Shown: positions 22,201 through 31,899 of the stretch, in pieces
Layout: every line of letters starts with the position of its first letter
Numbering within the stretch: position 1 is the stretch's first letter
Source: Neophaeotheca triangularis
Taxonomy: Eukaryota
Assembly (NCBI GenBank): GCA_054600435.1
Contig: BAAIJX010000037.1
Span: 124,001 to 188,000, forward strand
DNA: 64,000 nucleotides
Reading direction: 5' to 3'
Translations under genes and position numbers: made by a program
The notes under the pieces: model-generated
Databases searched by the model: none
What the model saw: only the letters and a program-made list of their open reading frames with translations
Told to the model about the DNA's origin: nothing

Positions 22201-23460
22201 CAACCGCAATCTATCGAGGTCATCACACCACTCGTGACCGTTCCTGCAAGCAATGTCCTTACAGTCTACGCTCCGCCGGTAACGGCAACCATGCGCCCCG
22301 TTACTAACGGAGGTCGCTACGGCTACATGGACCCGCAAAAGCGCAGCCTCGATTCATCCGGAGCCCCCCACGAAAGTGACCCGGACGGCAAGCTCCAGAA
22401 GCGCAACGGTGACAAAAAGGAACGCCACCGTTGCTCCATAATCAATCGCAACTTCGATACGGGGCTCGCAATGTTCCAATGCGGCAAAAAGGGCAAGCAC
22501 TTCTACCACGACTGCAGCCAAGTCATGACCAACCACAAAGACGGCTACCCGCGTTGGGTCTGCGGCAATACCAAGAGGAGGATCCGCGAAGACCAGCCGT
22601 CTCAAGAGAACTTCACTTTCCGCAAAGGTGACCCCAGCGCCAACTCGATGCTGCGCGTTGTCAACCCCAACATCCCCAACGCCGTCCCCGTCGGAGCCGT
22701 CCCCGGCAACGGCGGCAGCGGCGTCGTCCTGCCCCCCGCCGTCGTCAACCCCCTCGTCACAACCCACCTCACCCAAGTCCTCCCCGTCACCGACAAACTA
22801 GGCAACCTAATCTCCGAAGTGACGCAAGTCATCGCCACCCCGATCCTGCCCGGCCCAACCCCAGACATCGCCACCGCGCTCATGGGTCCCGTCATCATGA
22901 CCAAGCGCAATGCCGCAGAAGAAGACCAAGAACAACAAGCCACCCTCGCCGTCCGCCACAATGCCCCCAGAGCCCCGTACCAAGTCAACGACGTCTGGCC
23001 TCTGACGACCTGGACCGAGACTGTGCTCTTGCCGGAACCGAGCGGTGTCGAATATCACGTCATCCAGGATTCCCTCGCCAATGCGCCCAGGCCTGCGTTT
23101 GTCAAGGTTGAGAAGCGGGAGTTGGGGGTGCCGCCACCACCACCGTCGACGATGACGACGACGACGACGAGTGTGGCTCGTCTTGAGACTGGTTTTGCTA
23201 CTGTTGTTGCTGGCGAGGAAGGTGGCGAGGTGGTGAGTTGCGAGACTGCTGCTGCGGCTGTTGCGGAGTGTGCTAGATGCGGTGGATGCGGTGGATGCGA
23301 GGAGTGCAGTGGGTGCAGCCAGTGCGAGGAGATGTCTGAACAGCAAGGCCCGGCGACTCTGGCTTCTAGGCAAGGAGGCGGTGGACTAGGAGAAGTGGGC
23401 AAGGCGATGGGTAGAGGTTTGGGCAAGTTGTGGGAGAAGATCACACGTCGTGAGGGGTAG
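19246..23460 (+). CDS. Large secreted protein (1404 aa) with signal peptide, multiple Kex2-type sites, repeated 4-Cys modules, Lys/Glu coiled coil and Ser/Thr/Pro-rich regions
   Basis: Uninterrupted 4.2 kb ORF. Signal peptide MKLTGIVAFAALLIPILALP. Sites LEKR, LGKR, PQKR, LQKR, MTKR and VEKR. Confidence 0.85.
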   Translation: MKLTGIVAFAALLIPILALPGPIAPQVASIEPREPKSILKKPKFPKFSRPKHEPRDCRVVSRDHEEGTAALECRKKTWKHCTKLPQPASGGYQRWLCGKGKKKTAVIENWPHAEGADEEDLPFAKEGHTLMSPETCESTTEGCKGAGDTSGSLDALHLHPWDIPTTRTPSEPGSATTLRVQADQNATQTVGEVTAVTTMTADSTESSLPLLNSRYRHTGGKQTRDNPFQLEKRYFGEDEYGDFPDLHLDAYKKCYVEYTGPEGRSTLFCKKSPGVHVYKDKGERLINCELLRERSKKGLRQWDCQRLGEFGSLAIEHPEAERAKKEADEKEQRRLDWHAARKQKKADKKEEKKRKKEEEKKAKEEKKKAELEEKALEEAAGLGKRGQQVTSNPSSVDPRLLNSRACSTIYSMQTYTTVDSKSDMTQTKTTSMPMVTCPDSLRTVSQDCRPSYVSTIYYSNVPCSSCSHGYSTETHTATMGVVSPGCTNAVAGTSVAPTPAPQSSMASSSMASNQTSQPPNTSSEGSTAQSSKHSEESLQPSSSKVPSDTGANSQAPSMYLQTSTKAFSMPSSLVGVNPTVSSPPDPSSLGTNSIAPSMLSQTSTNIASLKSSFVANTPSSARSSTSARSANPLWTDGIPGWPKTESTQPTSVTSSSVCHSATDPANVDVNSMIANMMGCGKSDSSAEASSTGASLVSASSTSVGSTSMSSAESPSPKSSSVAISSSEASLPVSSMASPTSTQGASSLVANSPGSSMKEPTQASISWPAPSSSIATSSAPTQQPPPSPPRPSQMSPAGSSTNTAAPPNVQQESRPVYQNSSPANPSQAQPTPTGLSTLPSPYPYFPSAAQPATQEGATFSSSYISFVASTAPNAVNTPPPTVLDAFNRPPNSPNNPWYHARPGYNEADNYHAVPVENAQNVAPAPQTVYYTVTKAQSPNSVVYNEAPRVLQAPTMMANNPASGSPNVAYYEPKPAAVAPGQVVDQNQPQSIEVITPLVTVPASNVLTVYAPPVTATMRPVTNGGRYGYMDPQKRSLDSSGAPHESDPDGKLQKRNGDKKERHRCSIINRNFDTGLAMFQCGKKGKHFYHDCSQVMTNHKDGYPRWVCGNTKRRIREDQPSQENFTFRKGDPSANSMLRVVNPNIPNAVPVGAVPGNGGSGVVLPPAVVNPLVTTHLTQVLPVTDKLGNLISEVTQVIATPILPGPTPDIATALMGPVIMTKRNAAEEDQEQQATLAVRHNAPRAPYQVNDVWPLTTWTETVLLPEPSGVEYHVIQDSLANAPRPAFVKVEKRELGVPPPPPSTMTTTTTSVARLETGFATVVAGEEGGEVVSCETAAAAVAECARCGGCGGCEECSGCSQCEEMSEQQGPATLASRQGGGGLGEVGKAMGRGLGKLWEKITRREG

Positions 23461-24052
23461 ATTCAGGGCAGGAGTAGTAGACACGGCAGTGAGGGTGAGG
23501 GCCGAGAGTGAGAGTGAGAATGCAAGTGTGAGTAGGAGTGGTAGTAAGATTTTGGCAAGCAGTAAGGCAAGGTGGAAGAAAGGTAATGGGCGCTTTTGTT
23601 TCTTTTTCTATTTTCTGATTTCGGTGTGCGTGAGTAAGTAGCTTGATAATCTAAATATCCGGTAATACAGAAGTGGTTTTTTTGGAACCTCTACAACACC
23701 AAAGTCCACGGCAATGCGTCGCCGCGGGAAAGCTACCGACTGTGTATAAACCGAATCGTCCTGGTGCTTTGATCCCGGCGACCAACAACACCCCAAAGTA
23801 GGTAGTTCCGCCGCAACATCTCGCCCGCTTTCCCAACCCTCTGATATACCTTTCCTTGCTCGAACCCTCTCCAGGCGGCGGCGTTTTCCGTTTCTTTCAA
23901 GAAGCGAAGTGACACCCGCTCGCACCACGGTAAAAGTCTCAAGTCAGGCGGGTCCAAGATGATCTTGATATGCCTACAACAGACGCTAGGCAGTGAGCAA
24001 GCCGATGGCTTTTCCTTCTATCGAGAGCTAGTCAGTCGGTCGGTCAGCTGGG

Positions 24053-24091
24053 ATCCAATCCAATCCAATCCAATCCAATCCAATCCAATCC
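24053..24091. repeat. (ATCCA)n microsatellite
   Basis: Direct reading, about 7-8 copies. Confidence 0.9.
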
Positions 24092-27000
24092 GTAGCTCAA
24101 AGCCCTCGAGCTTCGAGATTTCCCCTACCTACCTCAGCGCCTGGTAGCTGGCTAGAGCCGTGTGCATCTGAGTGCGAGCTGGGTTGGGCAGCTGCAAAGC
24201 GCTCGACGGGGTTGGGTGTCGATGTTGGAGTCTTCTTCTCCCCCCTCCGCCCGCGGTCGTGGGCGCGGGAGAAATGATTTGGAGAGGGGTGTCGTGCTGG
24301 TTTTCTCGTCGAGACTACCTTACCGTTATGGTAGGGGTTTCGCCCGCCCCTCCTCCCCTCGCTGCACTGGAGTAGACTAGAAGAAGTACTACACGCGAGG
24401 CTTAGCAGGTGTGCTTTCCATCTGCACCCGGGATACATAGCACGCAAGACCCAGGTGGGCCAGGTGAGCCGCTTGGTTATTTACCTTACCTAAGCGTCCT
24501 GCCATGGCTAACTACCCAACATTGCTTTAGCCAAACCACGGTCGAGGGGTGCGGTTGAGCGCTGCGAAAGCGGCAGATACTGGTTTCCTCCGTTCTCTGG
24601 GGTTAAGAGGTTAGGGGGCAAGTTGGAAGGAAGATCAGGCTTGGGATAGAGAGGTTTGTGGAAGGTGATGGGTTTTGGGCGGTGGTGGTGAGGCTGTGCC
24701 ACGGTGGGAGATGTAGGGGATTACTCGTGGCGTTTTGGCTTTTGTGCTTTTTCTGGTCTTTGTGCTGCGCTGAGGGTGCTGTGTTATACAAATGTCTGAT
24801 GGTTTCTCGTCTGCCGTAGAATGGAGGGGTGGAGGCTGTGAGGGGCGGATAGGAGAGTAGAGTAGAGTAGAGACCGGTATCCACTAGTCCAAAGGCCCAG
24901 ACGACCAACGTCTCAAACGCAATACATACTTGGCCGGCCTCGAGGTCGATTGATAGTACTCAGCCGCCTCGCAGTAATACCCGTCCATCCATTCGACTCC
25001 AAAGAATCAACCCAGATACACCACAAACCCCTCGCCCGAAATCAGTTGATCAAACCTCATTCTCAAGTCTCCAACCTAGCCGCCATCGCGCAACGAGAGA
25101 TACAGAGACACTCTTTCCGCTTCCCAAAACCCGCTTACGCTCCGTACAACGTCCACGCTCCTCCCCTTCCAGAAGAAAAAGTACGCCAACAAATCAGCAT
25201 AGCAAACCCGACAGATGGCTTTCAGATCCACCAATAGTCGCATCTACCCATCACATCCACGCACACATCTGCGTAGTTTCGCTCGCTCGGCAACAAACGG
25301 CAGCGGTCCTTCTCATCCTCTTCGACTGCCTCGAATGCTTTTGCGTGCAGCAATAGACGACGCTGAGCCTCAGGGACCGGAGAAAAAAGTGATGAAGTCG
25401 GCAGCGCTGATTCCCAACCCACCTAAGTCAAAGGGGCGAAAGTTGTCACGTGTCTGCTTTTTCTTTCTTGCTCTTCTTTCATAAAAGGGTGAACGTGGAA
25501 ATTCCGAAAGATTGAACATGTTCAAGCAGTAGCTACATAGTACCTACACTTGACAAGAAGCAAAACGACAACGCCCGTCAACAACAAAGAGGAACAGATC
25601 TGCAAGAGCCCGCCCGCGGTTGCAACACCCCATCGCGCGATGACACCCGAGCGGCACGATCCGCAGGCAGCACGCATAGCATCCCCACGTGCCTTTTGTT
25701 GTCTGAGTTTGCAAATGCCGATGACAGCGATCGACACCGTTGATGGAAAAGATACATACCTAGGTAAGTTCGAAGAACACGGGAAGATGATGAAGAAGGC
25801 TCGATGGGAAAATCAAACTCCCACGACTATGAGTAATTTACTTCCTCGATCCGTGCGAGAAGGGGGCAATGAGCTCGATGAAGGAAATTTGGAGTCGATG
25901 GGCGGGCGAGCGAGTTCGATTTCCCCGATGCGACTTCTCGATGCGCGATGGGATGAAGTCGAAAGAGGATTGCAAGCCGCGTGACTTGTAAGGGCTTGGG
26001 GGTGGGGCTTGTGATGTTTGAGGGATGGAATTGGACGGATGGGGTTTTGAGGAATGTCGGTTTGTCGATTTGTCGATTTGATAGGGAGCTAGAGGGGGGA
26101 TCGGTGATGAGGGGACTGACGGGAGGTACCTGGGTGGAGGCGAGAGAGTGCGCGGAGAGTGGTGGTACCTGCGGAAACGGGGTGAGGTCATGGTGCGCCG
26201 TTGGTGCTCTGGGACGGGATGTTATAGGAAAAGGGGGGAAGGATGACGGAGGCAATGGGATGATTGAGATAAGGTACAGTGGTCTCGGATGGTGATCTTG
26301 TAGGTGAGTGAGTGGCCAAGGGGGGTCATCATGCCTATGACCTCAAGCGCCGTCGCCAGCCAGCGCAGGAGGCGGGCGGGCACGGCGGAGAAGGTGTTGG
26401 TGGCGGAACAGGCGCGAAGGTGGGTGCTAATAATGTGAGTCTAGGGTGTCGGGTCGGAAAGCAGGTTGCAGACGAACACGAGGATGGAGTTCGGGATGAT
26501 GCGTGCAGCGTGATGATATAGTAACACCTAATAAATTGGGTTTGCTCCGGGACGTGCAGCCATGAGGCTAGGAGGATTTGGCCGGAGACGTCATGTCTGA
26601 AAGACTAATAAAATATTGAAGTGTGTCGTGGTCGGGTGGAATTGTAAGGTTTTCATCGTTGGTTTTGGCTCTAATGGTTCTGAATTGTGAGAGTTTGGAT
26701 GGATCGTTCAGAAGGTGATTTTGGCGACGACTTTAATTTAGCAGGCTGTAGTAATACATTCTCGTCGTCAAAAGTCTTGCTGAAGCCATGAAGTTGTCTC
26801 GAAAAAGAAGCCGGCCAGCAAGTACGAAGGTAGAGGTAGAGACGCAAGAAAAATGGACCCTGCGTAGCACTCACCAGTCATGTTGAATTGAGAGACGTTA
26901 TAAGCATGATTAACATAATGTACCTAGGTAAGCGTGTTGCGGGTAAGCTCGCCGCAACCAACGCTCCCCAGATGAGACGAGACGAGACGAGACGACAAGC

Positions 27001-27933
27001 GAGACGACAAGGTCAGCCAAACCGAAAGCCCCCCCCTCCCCCCAAATTAAGCACCCACCCACAACTTCCTAGCGCAGCCACGACAAAAGACCCCTTTCAG
27101 CCATTTTACCATGTAGCCATGCCATGTCGATAAAGACCCTGCGTCAGTTACGCAACCCTGCATGACTCCAGTCCGCCTCCTTTCCATTCCCACGCCGATC
27201 CGATCGCGACACCCATCCCCGCCTTGTACAACCATCGAAATCATCGGACCTCTTGTTTGCTCTCGATTTCGACAGCGGTGGGGAGAGGGCATCGCTATCG
27301 AAAACGTTTCCGTCTGCGTGTCGCATCATCGCATGCAGGGTCTTGCGACTCTACGGCTTGGAAAGGGTTTTATTTGGGCTTTTTGCCTGGTGAGTTTGGG
27401 AAAAGGGCCGTGTAAGAGAGGGTGTAGGGGGATGGTCGGCAGGGCTACATGGGAGGTAATACCTCCTAGTCGAGTAGCTAGGTTGCGTTGAGGCGTGACG
27501 GTGTGCTGGGTTGGCATGATGCCGTGTTGGATGTGAGGTGGTAGGTCGTGGCGATGATGTATTATTATTGTTATCGCTAGCACCTGAGGGACGGGTTACG
27601 ACGACGCGCATGGTTCGTCGATGCTCTCTGCTCTGCTATGGCGTAGGAGGAGGTGACTACCACACGACGGCCAAGTACTTGAAGCATATCTTGTGCTGCT
27701 TGCCTTCGATCTTTCTTTTCCCCTTTCTCTAGCACACTCAAGACACACCGTACAAAGCACACGACCAAACCATACCATACTCCCCAACAACCTGACTGCC
27801 CATCTACGCCAACCTCACCACCAACCCTTTAAATCATACAAAGTCAACAGCAATTCCGACCTACTCGCCCTCAACCTTCCCTGTTCCAAGCCTCAACAAC
27901 GACACCACCAACACCCTAAACACGACAGCAACC

Positions 27934-28295
27934 ATGCCCGCACAAACCCAAGGCGTCTACGTGACGGAAAACTTCTCGGAGCCCATGAGCGCCCAGCACA
28001 ACTTCGCCAACCAATTCGACCTCAACAAGCCCGAAGCCGCTATGGGCGAGTACCAAAAGTGAGTTACCACACTGCAATCTTCCACAACGCGGTCACTCGA
28101 TCGTGAGCATGTCGAGTCAGTTGGTCGGACAGCCGCTAATTGTAATGTTTTAATAGGATCATGCACCAACACACGAAACGGCAATTCGAAGTGGCTACTG
28201 CGTCTTCGCGACGACGCAGTTCCGGCGAGGATTCCCGTATGACTGGCTTGCCTAGTGAGAGTAGCCGGGGGAGCGTTAGCTCTTCTGGTTCGTAG
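27934..28295 (+). CDS. Small spliced 87-aa protein (exons 27934-28058, 28157-28295), unknown function
   Basis: ACCATG start after a C/A-rich leader. Intron GTGAGT...GCTAAT...TAG. Splicing yields MPAQTQGVY...EAAMGEYQKIMHQHTKRQFEVATASSRRRSS...SSSGS*. Confidence 0.7.
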
Positions 28296-29117
28296 GGAAA
28301 GACTGAACACATCGCGTCGCATCGAGTGCGACGGGTGGAGGGTGGAAGAGGAGGCTTGTACGGATATTGGTATGTCGTGGTCGCTTTGGTCGATCAACGA
28401 TACTGCTGTCGGTTGATGATGGCTATGATGATGGGCTGGTTCCGTTTCGACTGGTCGCCGTCCATGGTTGTTACGATGATGAAGAGGCCTTGATTGCCTC
28501 TCTTTGGCATTGTTGGAGCGCTTTTTAGTCGCGCATAGCGGAGGTGTTCTGGCGTTCTTCTCTGTACTCTAATGTCTTTAAATGAGATGACAGAAATCAT
28601 TAGATCTTCATATTGTCGCACATTGCTACAGCCGCGTTGTCAATGGATACATGAGGTAGACTCCTATCTCTGCCATGTCAGTCGCAATCTCTAGACGGCT
28701 TGTTTGATGGGTTTACCCTACCGCCCATCCTTTCTTTCTCTCGAGCGTCTACAATCCACAAAAACATACATTCTATCCCCGTCGTCTTCAAGTAGTATGT
28801 AGTAAGTATTGAAGTATATAGTCATATTCTCTCCCGCGGGGAATCGATGCCTCAATGCAGATACGGCATACAGATAAGACAAGGCAGCTCCTCCAAAAAG
28901 CAATGCATTGCCGAAACTTTCAACGTGGGGAAGAAGCACCTCATCCCGCTTTCTTTGTGCACATGGCGATAAATTGTACATACGTACCCAACCTACACTT
29001 CACAATGCCCCATTCTCATCCTCAATAACAGACACCCCGTCAATCTCTCCACCAACCTCCACCCACTCACCCACCCACCCATCCACCCACCCAACACACA
29101 AGCCTCACCAACCCGCC

Positions 29118-31241
29118 ATGACCACAACGCCCTCCAAACCCCCCACCACAACAACCGCCCCCTCCACCCCTCCCCCCACAACCTCCCCCACCATGCCCTC
29201 CAACAACGACAAAATCACCACCAAAATCGCCTCCCTCCCTCCAGGAAGCACCTACTTCTCCCTCGAATTCTTCCCGCCGAAAACGCCCCAAGGCTTCTCC
29301 AACCTCCACGCCCGCCTCTCCCGCATGGCACACTCGCTACGCCCGCTCTTCGTAAACGTAACCTGGGGCGCCGGCGGCAGCACCCACGAGAAATCGCTCG
29401 CCCTGGCGGAGCTCACACAGCGAGACCTCGCCCTGACGACGTGCTTGCACCTGACGTGCACCAACATGAGCCGCAAGCTCGTCGACCAGGCCCTGGAAGC
29501 TTGCAAGGCCTTGGGCGTCCGGAATGTGCTTGCGTTGAGAGGGGATCCGCCGAGGAGTGAGGAGTATCGCGATCCTGCCAAGGGGACTGCGGAGGCCGAG
29601 GAGGATGATAGTAATCGGGATTTCACTTGGGCTGTGGATTTGGTTCGCTATATTCGGCGGAATTATGGGGATTGGTTTTGCATCGGTGTCGCTGGGTATC
29701 CCGAGGGGCATAGTGATCAGAGTGTTCCCGAGGAGCAGAGCGTGGAGAGGGATCTGGCGTTCTTGGTTGAGAAGACGAGGGCCGGGGCGGATTTTGTCAT
29801 GACGCAGTTGTTTTATGATGTAGAGGCTTTTTTGCGGTATGAGCGGACTTTGAGGGAGCATGAGAGTGGGGTTTTTAGGGATTTGCCTATTGTGCCTGGG
29901 CTCATGCCCGTGCAGAGTTGGCAGATTTTGAGGCGGACGACGAAGCTGAGTCATGCGAGGATTCCGCCGGAGGTGCTGGGAAGGTTGGAGGTTGTCAAGG
30001 GGGATGATGAGGCGGTCAAGAGGGTTGGGGTTGATGTGATTAGTGAGATGATTGCCAGGATGAGGGAGACGCCCGATCGCTTGCCCAGGGGGTTTCACTT
30101 TTATACGTTGAATTTGGAAAAGGCTGTTGCGAATGTGCTGGAGCGGTGTGGGCTCATCGCACCTTTTACGCCGCCGCCGCAGATTGCCGTTCCCGATGCA
30201 AACAGTCCAACAGGAGAAGACGCGGTAGCGGTGGAAGACTCGGACGGCTACATGCTCGTCGACTCGGACGCAACGGCAAAACGCAAACAACGACGGGCCT
30301 CTTCCCTCGCCAACGCTAACCCCCACAACCGCGTTGTGGTTCCCTCTTCCCGCCGCCCCAGCAACCCCTCCCACGAAGCTCCCTCCCCAACAGCGGGCGT
30401 CCCGCAACCCCCCCTCCCCGGCACTCGCGCAAACGCCCTCGCCATCTCCGAAGGCGAAGGAACCCTCGGCCGCGAAGCAACCTGGGACGACTACCCCAAC
30501 GGCCGCTGGGGCGACGCTCGATCCCCTGCTTTTGGCGAAATCGACGGCTACGGCGTTAGCCTCCACGTCTCCCTCGCCGACGCTCGCAACCTCTGGGGCC
30601 ACCCGACCTCCACCGCCGACATAACAACAATCTTCGAACGCCACCTCCTCGGCGCCATCCCCTCCATCCCCTGGTCGGAAGAAGGTCTCTCCCCGGAAAC
30701 CCTAACCATCCGGCCCCAACTCCTCTCCCTAATCCAACGCGGCTGGTGGACCGTAGCATCCCAACCAGCCGTGCGAGGTCTCCCCTCGACCGACCCAATC
30801 TTCGGCTGGGGCCCCCCAAACGGCTACGTCTTCCAAAAGCCCTTTGTCGAATTCTTCCTCCCCTCCCAAGACTGGACAAAGCTACAACCGCACCTCTCCA
30901 AAAACTCCCAACTCACCTTCTTCGCCGCCAACGCCGCCGGCCACTTCGTCTCCAACGACCCCGCTTCCGTAAACCCAGTCACCTGGGGCTGTTTCACGGG
31001 AAAGGAGATTATCGCCCCCACTATCATCGAGGCTGTGAGTTTTAGGGCTTGGGTCGAGGAGGCTTTTGGGCTTTGGGCCGAGTGGGGTCGCGTTTATCCT
31101 GTCGGTAGTCCCGGGGCTCGGTTGATGCACCAGGTTAGGTCTGAGTTTTGGTTGGTTAGTGTTATTGGTCATGGGTTTTTGGAGGAGGGCGCGCTTTGGG
31201 CGGATTTGCTTGGGCTTGGGCTTGGGGAGGGGGATGAATGA
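29118..31241 (+). CDS. MET12: Methylenetetrahydrofolate reductase (Met12-type), intronless
   Basis: FSLEFFPPKT, VTWGAGGS, CLHLTCTN, LALRGDPP, VAGYPEGH, TQLFYD, GFHFYTLN and regulatory WDDYPNGRWGDARSPAFG. Start may be 29118 or 29193. Confidence 0.93.
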   Translation: MTTTPSKPPTTTTAPSTPPPTTSPTMPSNNDKITTKIASLPPGSTYFSLEFFPPKTPQGFSNLHARLSRMAHSLRPLFVNVTWGAGGSTHEKSLALAELTQRDLALTTCLHLTCTNMSRKLVDQALEACKALGVRNVLALRGDPPRSEEYRDPAKGTAEAEEDDSNRDFTWAVDLVRYIRRNYGDWFCIGVAGYPEGHSDQSVPEEQSVERDLAFLVEKTRAGADFVMTQLFYDVEAFLRYERTLREHESGVFRDLPIVPGLMPVQSWQILRRTTKLSHARIPPEVLGRLEVVKGDDEAVKRVGVDVISEMIARMRETPDRLPRGFHFYTLNLEKAVANVLERCGLIAPFTPPPQIAVPDANSPTGEDAVAVEDSDGYMLVDSDATAKRKQRRASSLANANPHNRVVVPSSRRPSNPSHEAPSPTAGVPQPPLPGTRANALAISEGEGTLGREATWDDYPNGRWGDARSPAFGEIDGYGVSLHVSLADARNLWGHPTSTADITTIFERHLLGAIPSIPWSEEGLSPETLTIRPQLLSLIQRGWWTVASQPAVRGLPSTDPIFGWGPPNGYVFQKPFVEFFLPSQDWTKLQPHLSKNSQLTFFAANAAGHFVSNDPASVNPVTWGCFTGKEIIAPTIIEAVSFRAWVEEAFGLWAEWGRVYPVGSPGARLMHQVRSEFWLVSVIGHGFLEEGALWADLLGLGLGEGDE

Positions 31242-31899
31242 GGGAATGGGAATGGGGGGGTTTTTTCTTAGAGGAGGAGCGATTGGGTTGGCGGTGGTTT
31301 TGCGGGTGCGTGGAGTTTTGGGGCGGTGGAGGGTGCTTGGGGCAGGGTGGAATGGATCTCGGGAAATGGGAGGCCGCGCGGGCTGTGGCTGCGGTTTTTT
31401 TCTTTTTTCGCGCATGGCGAAGGCGTTTTTTTTCCCCCTTCTTCTTTCAGTTCTTGTTTCCTTTTTTCCCTTCTGGCGTCTTCGGCTTGTGCATACCTTT
31501 ACTACCTAATGCTTGCTAGCTAGCCAGCCAGCTAACTAGGCGCTTTCGACGTGTCCTGTGTGCATTGCGGATCGAGGGGTTTTATTTTTGGTGCCGACTT
31601 TTACTCGCTCGCAATCGAGACGAGCGAAGGGGGAACGCAGTGGCTCGGGCGAGGGTTTATGGTGCTGCTACCTGTGAATGGTGATTGATGATGATGATGA
31701 CGATGGAAAAGAAGAAAAATTAAAGACGATGGGCTGTTGAGTTATATGTAGTTGGGTGTCGGTTGGTATATGAACAAGACATGTATTTTCGAGAATGAGA
31801 GAACTGAGGAATGCGGTTTGGCCTTTCCTCTTCTTTCCTTTCCTTTCCTTTTCTTTATAACTTATATTTCTTTTTATTCGTACGCCTCGTCTACCTGTT

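Noticed and set aside
25500..26560. ORFs of 100-144 aa in the long intergenic gap
   Set aside because: Low-complexity translations on both strands, no domain, no clear splice model.
28908..29117. Upstream extension of the MTHFR ORF
   Set aside because: Non-ATG start and C/A-rich UTR-like sequence.
29337..30644. 435-aa minus-strand ORF (likewise 35130-35981 + and 43196-44068 -)
   Set aside because: Antisense shadows of MTHFR, the hydrolase and the SDR.
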